A DNA stretch of 64,000 bases from a virus: the IMG/VR virus record IMGVR_UViG_3300045996_000592, positions 1 through 64,000 of that record, one strand, 5' to 3'. Position 1 is the first letter of the stretch. Each line of letters begins with the position of its first letter. Shown piece after piece: positions 38,571 to 47,547 of the stretch. The notes under the pieces were generated by a model. That model worked only from the letters and a program-made list of their open reading frames with translations, was not told the origin of the DNA and did not search any database. A program made the translations under genes and the position numbers.

Positions 38571-39584
38571 ATGGCTCACAAGATCAATTATAATAACGGT
38601 AAGTACGCCTTTGCCTCATCCGAGAAGGAATGGCATTCAGGGGAGACTAACCACCACATTCACGGGCGGGAGATGACCGCTGAAGAGATTATCCGGTTAG
38701 CCGGCCTTGACTACGACGTACAGAAGATGCCGATCGTGGCTAAAGTACCTTCCGGCCGGTTCAGCATGGACGTACCAGTGGATGGGAACTTCGCTACCGT
38801 AAGAACAGATACCAACCAGGTACTCGGAATAGTAGGTAAGAAGTATCAGATACTACAGAATAAAGACGCCTTTAAGTTCTTCGACTCTATCGTAGGGGAA
38901 GGTGAAGCCATGTATCATACCGCCGGCGCTCTTGGTAACGGAGAGAAGATATTCATCACAGCTAAACTCCCGCAGAAATTAGTAATAACTCCGGATGATG
39001 TAACAGACCAGTACCTCTTCCTCTGCAATAGCCACGACGGATCTGGCAGTCTTTCTGCGTACTTCACGCCGATCCGGGTAGTGTGCAACAATACACTCAG
39101 GTTATCCATGAAGTCTAATTCCTACAGGATAAACCTCAGACATACCGCGAATATCGTAAAGGCGCTGGAACAGGCCCACGAACTGATGGGGATTGTCAAT
39201 AGAGAAGGTCAGGACTTCTTGGAAGTGTGTAAGACCATGACCCGGGTATCGGTTACAGACCAGCAGCTCAGGAAGTTTATCGAGTTATCCCTCAAACCGG
39301 AGACCGAAATGATCACAGAGGATGAGTTCTCTAAAAGATTCACAAATATAGCTGACGCAGCCTATGAGTACGCACTATCTGACGAGACTCAGCTGATGGA
39401 TACAACTCGTGGTACACTATACGGCGCATTCCAGGCAGTGACCGGCTACTACTCGAATGTGAAGCAGTATAACTCTGGTGAGGATAAAACCAAGTCACTC
39501 ATCTACGGAGCAGGGTATCGCGCCTCTAATCAGGCTTACCAGATGGGAGTAAGGGCATTAAGTAACACTAACTTTTTGAACTAA
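38571..39584 (+). CDS. DUF932 / TIGR03299-like protein
   Basis: Y.ILQN.DAF.FF, AGAL.NG, NSHDGSGS, TPIRVVCNNT, RHT. Confidence 0.88.
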   Translation: MAHKINYNNGKYAFASSEKEWHSGETNHHIHGREMTAEEIIRLAGLDYDVQKMPIVAKVPSGRFSMDVPVDGNFATVRTDTNQVLGIVGKKYQILQNKDAFKFFDSIVGEGEAMYHTAGALGNGEKIFITAKLPQKLVITPDDVTDQYLFLCNSHDGSGSLSAYFTPIRVVCNNTLRLSMKSNSYRINLRHTANIVKALEQAHELMGIVNREGQDFLEVCKTMTRVSVTDQQLRKFIELSLKPETEMITEDEFSKRFTNIADAAYEYALSDETQLMDTTRGTLYGAFQAVTGYYSNVKQYNSGEDKTKSLIYGAGYRASNQAYQMGVRALSNTNFLN

Positions 39585-39592
39585 CCAGCACA

Positions 39593-39627
39593 AGGAAGGT
39601 AGGTCTCAGGATCTACCTTCCTCTTTA
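39593..39627 (+). terminator. Hairpin terminator
   Basis: AGGAAGGTAGGTC...GATCTACCTTCCT followed by CTTT. Confidence 0.65.
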
Positions 39628-40106
39628 AAACTTAACAGGATGACAGAGTATAACATCAAGATATCAGGTTCTGGTACAGCCTTAGAATTAGCGCTTTCCA
39701 TGGATCTCCTTCAGAAAAGTATCATAGATAGTGTGAAGAAGGGGTATTCTCTGGAATCAGACCCCTATTATGAAGATGAGACTATCGTAGTAGAAATAAC
39801 CCAAACATCATTATGATAAAAACCAACCTCACTCCATACAGCTACACCCGGTACTACTCCGGTAATTATTTCGATGGGATAAATGATTACTCCTACTCTG
39901 TCATAACCACAGAGACTTTCGACCTCTGCCCCGAATACCCATTACAGGTAGACTGGACGGACGGGAATATTCCCTATGGGCATGAGCGGATAGAAGCCAA
40001 AATAATACAAGATTTTAATAACAAAAAAGACCAAGAAAGAAAACAGATTGAGGATAACTACAGAAGAGAAGTCCTCGGTGAAGAAGATGAACCTAAAGAC
40101 TAACAG

Positions 40107-40433
40107 ATGACACTAAACCACAAACCTAACCACTACGAAAACACTACCTGCCTTAAAACAGGAAAAACCGGGTTCCCTTCTCAAAGGGTGGCCATGGAAC
40201 AGATCCAAAAATTCAAGGCGTTCAACCGGATGAAGATCAACGGAAGACGTATAAAACACAGAGTCGGTAAACCAGAACAAACCCGCGCCTATCAGTGCCC
40301 ATCTTGTAGCCAATGGCACTTGACCAGTATGAAGGAGTCTGAGTACAAGAACAACCTTGACCCGCTGGGAAAACCAGTGAGGATCAGGATCAACCACGTT
40401 AACGAGTTTAAAAAATATTTATCGGCAGCATGA
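40107..40433 (+). CDS. Zn-finger protein
   Basis: C..TGK...RAYQCPSCSQWHLTS. Confidence 0.7.
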   Translation: MTLNHKPNHYENTTCLKTGKTGFPSQRVAMEQIQKFKAFNRMKINGRRIKHRVGKPEQTRAYQCPSCSQWHLTSMKESEYKNNLDPLGKPVRIRINHVNEFKKYLSAA

Positions 40434-41344
40434 GTAAAAATATCTTAGCCCTATTTGGGGCAGCAGAGTCGGGTAAAGACACAGCCGCTAAGATCATACA
40501 ATATCTTACCGGAGTCAAATATTGGGAACAAAAGACTGAAAGAATTATCGACAACCCGATACCTTACGGGTTAGACGGATATGAGGACTGGGTCGCACTC
40601 AGTCCTTACCAGATAAAGAGGTTCGCCGGTAAAATTAAGGAGATAGCGTCCCTTATTACCGGTGTTCCTGTTTCCCAGTTCGAAGACCAGGAGTTCAAGA
40701 AGTCCTACTTACCGGATAACTGGGACAGGTGGAAAATACAGTTTACCGGGGAACACGGTAATGCTCAGTTTGGACCTAATTACTCATCAAAAGAAGAGGC
40801 TATAGAAACTGAAAAAAATGCCAGAGTTAGTTACGCGTGGCCTAAAAGTTTAAAAACCGTTATTAGAAAAGAACATATGACCTTCCGAGACCTACTTGAA
40901 GAGATTGGCGCCAAGATGAGGGAGGTACACCCTATGTTCTGGATAAACTCCCTGTTTGCAGACTATAAAGGTCATACGGAACGCTACCATAATCTTGAAA
41001 AGGATGGGTTATCTGAGATGTATCACCATCATTCTTGTGCTGAGTGTAGTCGATCCTTTAATGGGTGGAAGAGACAGTACAGATGTCGGGAGTGTATAGA
41101 AAAGAACCCAGTTGTCTACCCCTTATGGTTGATAGCCGACGGACGCCTACCCGAAGAAGCTCAGGTTGTAAAAGAACGTGGGGGCCTTGTTATCAAGATA
41201 GTCCGCGAGACAGATAACCCAGTTTACGAGTCAGAGAGAAAACTGGATCAGGTGGAAGCTGACTACGTGATCTCGAACAATAAGAACAAGGAAGACCTGG
41301 TGAAGAAGTTAAGACTTATTCTCATCAAAGAAGGCATACTATGA
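40430..41344 (+). CDS. Deoxynucleoside monophosphate kinase-like protein
   Basis: GAAESGKDT, FAGKIK, RDLL..IG..MR...FWIN, DGR...E. Confidence 0.8.
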   Translation: MSKNILALFGAAESGKDTAAKIIQYLTGVKYWEQKTERIIDNPIPYGLDGYEDWVALSPYQIKRFAGKIKEIASLITGVPVSQFEDQEFKKSYLPDNWDRWKIQFTGEHGNAQFGPNYSSKEEAIETEKNARVSYAWPKSLKTVIRKEHMTFRDLLEEIGAKMREVHPMFWINSLFADYKGHTERYHNLEKDGLSEMYHHHSCAECSRSFNGWKRQYRCRECIEKNPVVYPLWLIADGRLPEEAQVVKERGGLVIKIVRETDNPVYESERKLDQVEADYVISNNKNKEDLVKKLRLILIKEGIL

Positions 41345-41524
41345 CCGACTTCCTCAAACAGATAAACTGGAAAGAACTCCGGGATGACAGGTTCAACTTG
41401 GAGTATATCGCGGAGTTCGAACCACTGGATGATAAAGACATCAACTCCCTTTATTCAATAGTAGAGCTGATAGACCAGTTACAGCAGGAAGCAGTAAGGT
41501 CAGGAATAACTAAAGAAGAAGTAT

Positions 41525-41737
41525 ATGGACAGTAAATTAAAAGAAGTAGTAGAATGTATCCTTGACTATCTGGAGGATACAGAAGAGCGGAGTTATCTCG
41601 AATCAGATGATAACGTCAGGGATACTCACATCTACGAGGATGTAGTAAGGCTCCGCCAGTGGCAGCAAACCGGGTGGATAGACGAGAATAAAGTACAGGA
41701 GGCACTGAACACCTTAAAAAAGAATCACGGACTATGA
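41525..41737 (+). CDS. Hypothetical protein (paralog of 27578-27904)
   Basis: LDYL...E..SYLES.....HIY. Confidence 0.6.
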   Translation: MDSKLKEVVECILDYLEDTEERSYLESDDNVRDTHIYEDVVRLRQWQQTGWIDENKVQEALNTLKKNHGL

Positions 41738-42008
41738 TAGACGTAGTAAACAAGAAGGTAGACGACCGCCGGCTCACTCATGATGAGGAAGAGTTACTGG
41801 AAGCCGGTCGTAAACAGGGAATGGTACAGGGGTTAGCTCTCGCCGTAGCCACCTTTATGAAATACTGGGGGGAACACGCCGGTATTCAAGAGGTGTGGGG
41901 TTCTGCAGGGATGACTATACAGGAGTGTTACAATAATGGGGTAGACGAGTACGATATAGAAACTCTTATAAAATACCAAGATTACCTCGAAGGATAAAAT
42001 AGACCAAT

Positions 42009-42428
42009 ATGAAACTAACAGATAAAAATACTGGGTACATTCTTATGAATGCTCAGACTCAGTCAGAATGGGATACCTGCACACATGCACTTTTATCCTT
42101 TACCCCAACTGATGTAGAAAAATGGAAAAAATACGCCCAGACAGCTAAGAATTTAAAGGAAGAGAACCCCGACTTCGCCAACCTCAGTTTTTATGAGTCT
42201 GTTGATTTCCTGAATCTGGGAGATGATATTTTACCGGAAGAAGTGGGTTGGTCTTTTGTAGAACTGGAAGAAGGTGAAAATAATTGGGACCAGGAAGAGT
42301 TACCAGAACAACGACTGGATACACATATGATGAAGGTTTATTCAAGTGGGTGCATTCAGTTCACAGCCTACGGTAAACACACTTCCGAGGAGTTCTGGAC
42401 GACACACCTTAAAGTAGAAAGCCTGTAA
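42009..42428 (+). CDS. Hypothetical protein
   Basis: 139-aa ORF ending YGKHTSEEFWT. Confidence 0.65.
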   Translation: MKLTDKNTGYILMNAQTQSEWDTCTHALLSFTPTDVEKWKKYAQTAKNLKEENPDFANLSFYESVDFLNLGDDILPEEVGWSFVELEEGENNWDQEELPEQRLDTHMMKVYSSGCIQFTAYGKHTSEEFWTTHLKVESL

Positions 42429-42452
42429 AAAAGTAGGCTAAATTGTAGATAA

Positions 42453-42483
42453 TGGGTGAGTTCATAGTGGGCTCACCCTTTTT
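42453..42483 (+). terminator. Intrinsic terminator
   Basis: GGGTGAGTTC-loop-GGGCTCACCC followed by TTTTT. Confidence 0.75.
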
Positions 42484-42485
42484 AT

Positions 42486-42517
42486 TTTGGTACTCTAATT
42501 TAGATACTCTAAATTTG
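42486..42517 (+). promoter_or_regulatory. Consensus Bacteroidota promoter covered by two tandem 13-bp palindromes
   Basis: TTTG-N20-TAAATTTG; TTTGG-TAC-TCTAA-T-TTAGA-TAC-TCTAA. Confidence 0.7.
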
Positions 42518-42532
42518 GTAAACCTCACACAC

Positions 42533-42850
42533 ATGACAGAAGAACTAACAGGTAACCCGCGTATCCCGTTCGAGTCTGATACCGTTCTCCAGGTATGGAA
42601 TACGGTAGATAAGGTAGTCATAGGAGTCTACGAGAACGGGAAAGCAGCAGCTATCAAGTTATCCGCCACCTACCAGTCAGTAGTACACTCTTACTCCCGT
42701 AAAAGGGTGGTAAAGGGTAAGATAAAGAGTGATCATTTTACATCCCCGCTCTACCCGGATATACCACTGGCTGCACGACTCATCAGGAGGACTACTGATA
42801 TGTTATTCCGGAACGGGGTGTTATATAACTCACTAAATAACGCAGCATGA
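42533..42850 (+). CDS. Hypothetical protein
   Basis: Start placed after the promoter; ends NNAA. Confidence 0.6.
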   Translation: MTEELTGNPRIPFESDTVLQVWNTVDKVVIGVYENGKAAAIKLSATYQSVVHSYSRKRVVKGKIKSDHFTSPLYPDIPLAARLIRRTTDMLFRNGVLYNSLNNAA

Positions 42851-43204
42851 CAGAAGAAGTAGACTACAACCAGATGGCCTGTCCTGAGTTATCAGAACTG
42901 ATCGACTACCAAATAGATAACCCAGTTGATGGGCGTAAGAAGAAAGAGTATAGAAAGTACCTGGAGAACTTACAGAAGATGATAGACAGTTATAATTTAA
43001 AAACCGGATTCCAGGCCTATCAAAAAGTTTTATGACATTAGAACAGACCCAGACAGATCAGAAGCCAATAAAGGTATTCATGTACCCCGGAGTAGAGGAG
43101 CTCAAGAAGATGACCCCTACCCAGCTCACAGAGACCAAAATAAAAGTAGACCAGTTATCTGACTACTTGGGATACCTCATCAGACAAAAAATATATGATA
43201 TTTT

Positions 43205-43540
43205 ATGAACAGACCGCTAATTTATATAGCTGGTAAAATCAGTGATCTACCACCCGGGGTAGCTGAGAAAAACTTCCACGACGCCCAGGTTAGACTGGAA
43301 AATCAGGGGTGGGATACCCTTAACCCTTACGCCCGGATAGAAGGGTGGAAGAAGCAGAACGAGGACTACAAAGAAATAATGAGGTTAGTTCTTCAAGACC
43401 TCGCATCCTGTAAACATGCCTACTTCCTGAGGGGGTGGGAAAGAAGTTTAGGAGCGACGTTTGAGCACTTCGTTTGTCAGAAGACCGGGATAAAGATAAT
43501 TTATGAAGAACAACCTAAGGAGGAGACCGTAGAGATATGA
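43205..43540 (+). CDS. DUF4406 (nucleoside deoxyribosyltransferase-like) protein
   Basis: IYIAG.IS, NF, LNP, L.GWERS.GA..E. Confidence 0.85.
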   Translation: MNRPLIYIAGKISDLPPGVAEKNFHDAQVRLENQGWDTLNPYARIEGWKKQNEDYKEIMRLVLQDLASCKHAYFLRGWERSLGATFEHFVCQKTGIKIIYEEQPKEETVEI

Positions 43541-44370
43541 TACTAAATTTAAGCAACCCACCGGCCTCAATAATCAAGGCTAAGATCGGTAAATACCCTG
43601 ATGGTCAGCAGTATGTTATTATCGACCCACAATTTACTGTAGGGGAGAACGGAATAACGATATACTCCCGGTTCAACTCCTTCCTGGATTTAGAACTAAT
43701 AGTGACTGCCACTAAAGCGCTACAAAACCTTGATGTAAAGAAAATAAATCTATACGTTCCCTACATACTCGGTGCCCGGTCTGACCGGAAGTTTGAGTAT
43801 GGTGGAACGTCCTATCTGGTGCAGATTATAGCGCCTATCCTGAACAGTTTGGGCCTCACCAAAGTTTACTGCTTGGACGTACACAACCAGGCAGTAGCAG
43901 AGGCGTGTATTAATAACCTCGTTTGTTATGATAACTCAGAGTTTATCAAACGAGTACTGGGTGACATACAATCCAAAAACCTTGTTATTGTTACCCCGGA
44001 CGACGGCGCGTCCAAAAAGATATACCCGCTCTGTAAAAAACTCGGTTTAGAAGTACCCGTCGTCGTGTGTGCCAAACACAGGGATATTAAAACCGGTAAG
44101 ATAGAAGGGGTAGATATCCCTCACGGGACACACTTCAAAAATGAAGAGGTAATGTTAATAGATGATATCTGTGATGGCGGCAGGACGTTCATCGAAATAG
44201 CCAAGAAGTTAAAAACTTGGGGAGAACCTGCTAAAATGTACCTGGCTGTCACTCACGGAATATTTTCCGCGGGGTTTGATGAACTACACCAGTACTTTGA
44301 CCAGATATTTTCTACTAACTCCGTGAAAGATCACCCAAATATATCTGTAACTCAATATCCAGTAATATGA
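43537..44370 (+). CDS. prs: Ribose-phosphate pyrophosphokinase-like (NARP1 Adps-like)
   Basis: YPDG, PYI.GARSDR, DVH, PDDGA, KHRD, IDDICDGGRTF, VTHG. Confidence 0.9.
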   Translation: MILNLSNPPASIIKAKIGKYPDGQQYVIIDPQFTVGENGITIYSRFNSFLDLELIVTATKALQNLDVKKINLYVPYILGARSDRKFEYGGTSYLVQIIAPILNSLGLTKVYCLDVHNQAVAEACINNLVCYDNSEFIKRVLGDIQSKNLVIVTPDDGASKKIYPLCKKLGLEVPVVVCAKHRDIKTGKIEGVDIPHGTHFKNEEVMLIDDICDGGRTFIEIAKKLKTWGEPAKMYLAVTHGIFSAGFDELHQYFDQIFSTNSVKDHPNISVTQYPVI

Positions 44371-44795
44371 TAGATAAATATATAAACAGGTTAACCGAAG
44401 AGTGGTTACAACACGGTAAGATAATAGTAGCCATAGACTTTGATGACACAATATCTCCTTGGAAGCTGAACAGTCAGGAAGAGTGCAATAAAGTAATTGA
44501 GGTTCTTAAAGATGTGTGTGCTGTCGGAGCCTATATAGTAATATTTACAGCCTGCAGTAGTGACCGTTATCAGCACATCGCAGAATACTGTACTTCTAAA
44601 GGGTTTAGTATAGATAGAATAAACCAGAACCCCATAGTCTTACCATACGGTAACCAGACTAAGGTGTACGCGAACATATTCCTCGATGACCGCGGAGGTC
44701 TGGACGAAGCACTCAATATCTTACAAGAGAGCATGTACCGGGTACGTTCATCCAAGTATGGTAAGAACCTCTCGGAACAAACAGTAGAATTTTAA
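44367..44795 (+). CDS. HAD-superfamily phosphatase-like protein
   Basis: IAIDFDDT motif I, IFTA, K.YA..FLDDR. Confidence 0.8.
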   Translation: MIDKYINRLTEEWLQHGKIIVAIDFDDTISPWKLNSQEECNKVIEVLKDVCAVGAYIVIFTACSSDRYQHIAEYCTSKGFSIDRINQNPIVLPYGNQTKVYANIFLDDRGGLDEALNILQESMYRVRSSKYGKNLSEQTVEF

Positions 44796-44807
44796 AAACA
44801 GATACTC

Positions 44808-46361
44808 ATGTTTAAACCAAACGCTTTATACTACGTAGATGGGTATAAGATCGCTCATAAAAAGATGCTGGCAGCAGGTACCACCCGTCTATACGGAACC
44901 TGGATACCAAGGTCAGTAAAATATGCTCCTAAAGGAGTAAATAAGATAGTATCATTCGGTCAGCAGTTAATGGTACGCTGGCTGCACGATGAGTTCACGG
45001 AGAACTTTTTCAACCTTCCGGTAGATGTAGCTCACCGATTCGGTAAAGATATGTGCCTATACCTTGGGATGGACTACGACTACACGCACTTCACAGAACT
45101 GCATAATCTCGGTTATCTCCCAATCCGCATCAAATCATTACCAGAAGGAGTAGAAACTGATCCGAATATCCCACATATGACCTTCATTAATACTGTAGAC
45201 GGGTTTGGATGGCTTACTCTGTTCCTTGAAACTATCATTAGCGCCCTGGCGTGGAAGGCCCCGACTGCAGCCACTATTCAGAAACTCTATAACCGTAACA
45301 CTATGGAGTGGGTCACTAAAACCGATCCGGATAATTTATGGTTAGTACCGTTCCTTAACCATGATTTCAGCGCCCGCGGCCTTGATCCATTCTCGATGAT
45401 GGCAGTTGGTCTAGGCCATGCTACAAGTTCTTTGGGCTCAGATACACTCATAACCATCCCGGCTGCCCGTTATTATTATGACGAGCCCGAAGAGGAGGTC
45501 TGTGTGTTCTCTGTTAACGCCTCGGAACACTCAGTATCTACAACCAAAATATTTACAGTAGGGGAGCAGCAGATGATAGCAGACTGGTTACAGGATTTCC
45601 CGAAGGGAATACTATCTATTGTATCTGACACTTTCGACCTGTGGAAACTGATAACCGAGTACTTACCGGCCAATAAGGGATCCATTATGTCGAGGGAGGG
45701 TAAACTAGTCATACGTCCTGACAGTGGTGATCCGGTAGATATTATCTGCGGTTGTAAGGTTACTCAATCTGATGAAGATGAATTACTATATCGTGACCAG
45801 GATACATGGGAATCCTACCCGCCAGAAGAAGACATAGTTATTGTGAAACATAAGGTTGGTGCCAAGCCGGTATCTGAAGCGGAAAGCAAAGGGGTTATAG
45901 AAATCCTTTGGGATATATTCGGCGGTACTGTGAACACACACGGTTATAAAGTACTTGATCCTCATATTGGCGCCATCTATGGTGACTCGATAACTCCGGA
46001 CCGTCAGGTAGAAATCTATAAACGGTTAGCGGCTAAAAGGTTTGCTACTACCAACATCGTCTTGGGTATAGGGTCCTACACTTACCAGATGGTAACTCGT
46101 GATACACTAGGGTTTGCTGCTAAAGGCGCCTGGTTTGAGGCCAATGGTACGGGTTACGATATCTACAAGGATCCGGTGACAGATGATGGAACCAAAAAGT
46201 CACTAAAGGGGCTCATTAAAGTAAATCCCAACTTCACTGTTTGTACCCAATGTTCCCCGGAAGAGGAGTCAACCGGTTTACTCCAAACCATATATGAGAA
46301 CGGGCAGTATTATAACAAGACCACTTTAAAAGACGTCCGTAACAGACTTAAGAACATATGA
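44808..46361 (+). CDS. nadV: Nicotinamide phosphoribosyltransferase-like (NARP1 Namat-like)
   Basis: DGYK..H, HDFSARG, ASEHSV, SIVSDT, VIRPDSGDP, IYGDSIT, TRDT.GFA.K, KDPVTD. Confidence 0.92.
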   Translation: MFKPNALYYVDGYKIAHKKMLAAGTTRLYGTWIPRSVKYAPKGVNKIVSFGQQLMVRWLHDEFTENFFNLPVDVAHRFGKDMCLYLGMDYDYTHFTELHNLGYLPIRIKSLPEGVETDPNIPHMTFINTVDGFGWLTLFLETIISALAWKAPTAATIQKLYNRNTMEWVTKTDPDNLWLVPFLNHDFSARGLDPFSMMAVGLGHATSSLGSDTLITIPAARYYYDEPEEEVCVFSVNASEHSVSTTKIFTVGEQQMIADWLQDFPKGILSIVSDTFDLWKLITEYLPANKGSIMSREGKLVIRPDSGDPVDIICGCKVTQSDEDELLYRDQDTWESYPPEEDIVIVKHKVGAKPVSEAESKGVIEILWDIFGGTVNTHGYKVLDPHIGAIYGDSITPDRQVEIYKRLAAKRFATTNIVLGIGSYTYQMVTRDTLGFAAKGAWFEANGTGYDIYKDPVTDDGTKKSLKGLIKVNPNFTVCTQCSPEEESTGLLQTIYENGQYYNKTTLKDVRNRLKNI

Positions 46362-46502
46362 CCTTCACCATTACCTTTACCCGGTACGCAGGTTTCCACC
46401 CCCGTTATTGTAAGAGAGGGGTGTGTGGCCTCGTACTAGGATGGGTCACCCTAACTTGGTATCATTACGACCTCGAGAAGGCCGTTCTAAAATTACTGAA
46501 CA

Positions 46503-47003
46503 ATGATCAAAACCGTACAAGTGGACGAGACCCTTCAGTTGAAGATAAAGCTGAATATGGTCACAGAAGAAAAGAGGAAGGCTCGGTCACGTTACGAACA
46601 GTTGAGTAGGCAAGAAGATAATATCCGGACTAAGATAGAAGATCTGAATCAGAAGGATAAAGACCTGTTCATAACACCTCACGCCATAACCCGGTTCCGG
46701 GAGCGGATAATGGACTTACCCAACCAGAAGATAAAGAATATACTCTCTGATGAGAGTCTGCTGAATAAGTACAAAGAGAACGGACCAGGCAGATATAAGT
46801 TACCTGAACCCTTTACCTACGTCACAGTAGCAGTTAAAGACTTCAGTGTTATTACCTGTTTTAACCAAAAGGACCCGGAAGAACGGATAGACCTTTTGAG
46901 GGCCTATATGGATAACTGGGTAGAGGACAGGTGTAAACAGGTAATTAATCCCGAGTGGAATATCATGGCTCTGGGAGCATTTAAAAGAAAGTACTACAGA
47001 TAA
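46503..47003 (+). CDS. Hypothetical protein
   Basis: Coiled coil followed by ITPHAI.RF.ER. Confidence 0.6.
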   Translation: MIKTVQVDETLQLKIKLNMVTEEKRKARSRYEQLSRQEDNIRTKIEDLNQKDKDLFITPHAITRFRERIMDLPNQKIKNILSDESLLNKYKENGPGRYKLPEPFTYVTVAVKDFSVITCFNQKDPEERIDLLRAYMDNWVEDRCKQVINPEWNIMALGAFKRKYYR

Positions 47004-47314
47004 TGGAGATAATATGTTCAGATGCTAACTTCAGTCCTGAGGCACTGTCGTTTTACGAGAAGAATAACACCATACCCCCAACACAAGACAGGATATACCC
47101 CGGTATCAGGGAGGTGATAAAGGTAGCAGCTACAGGAGAGACGGGGATACTACTGGAGGGACTGATAAACCCGCCGGTGACGTTCGCACACCCTATACTG
47201 GGCCGGGCCACAAAAGAAGTCACCTGGAATTTGAAGAGGTTCAGGACTCTATCCGGCGGTGAGATAACCCGGGAGATGATAGAAGAGATTATTAAAGAAA
47301 AGATCAAAACATGA
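47003..47314 (+). CDS. Hypothetical protein
   Basis: Coupled ORF. Confidence 0.6.
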   Translation: MEIICSDANFSPEALSFYEKNNTIPPTQDRIYPGIREVIKVAATGETGILLEGLINPPVTFAHPILGRATKEVTWNLKRFRTLSGGEITREMIEEIIKEKIKT

Positions 47315-47547
47315 CAGAACAAGACATAATAGAATTCATAGAGTCCGGTCAGCCGGATATGGCTATCCTCGGGTACTTCCTGATGGACGTAGAAGATAAA
47401 TCCCCAGAAGCAGCCTACAACTACATAAAACCCATTTACGAAAAAGAGTTATCCCTGGCATTTACCAGGGATATTTTTATGGAGTACTTCAACAACCTCG
47501 TTGCCCGGGGCGCCATCTCAGAGGGACCGGATATTTCCGGTAATTAG
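47311..47547 (+). CDS. Hypothetical protein, last + strand gene
   Basis: Its stop overlaps the stop of the convergent large gene. Confidence 0.55.
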   Translation: MTEQDIIEFIESGQPDMAILGYFLMDVEDKSPEAAYNYIKPIYEKELSLAFTRDIFMEYFNNLVARGAISEGPDISGN

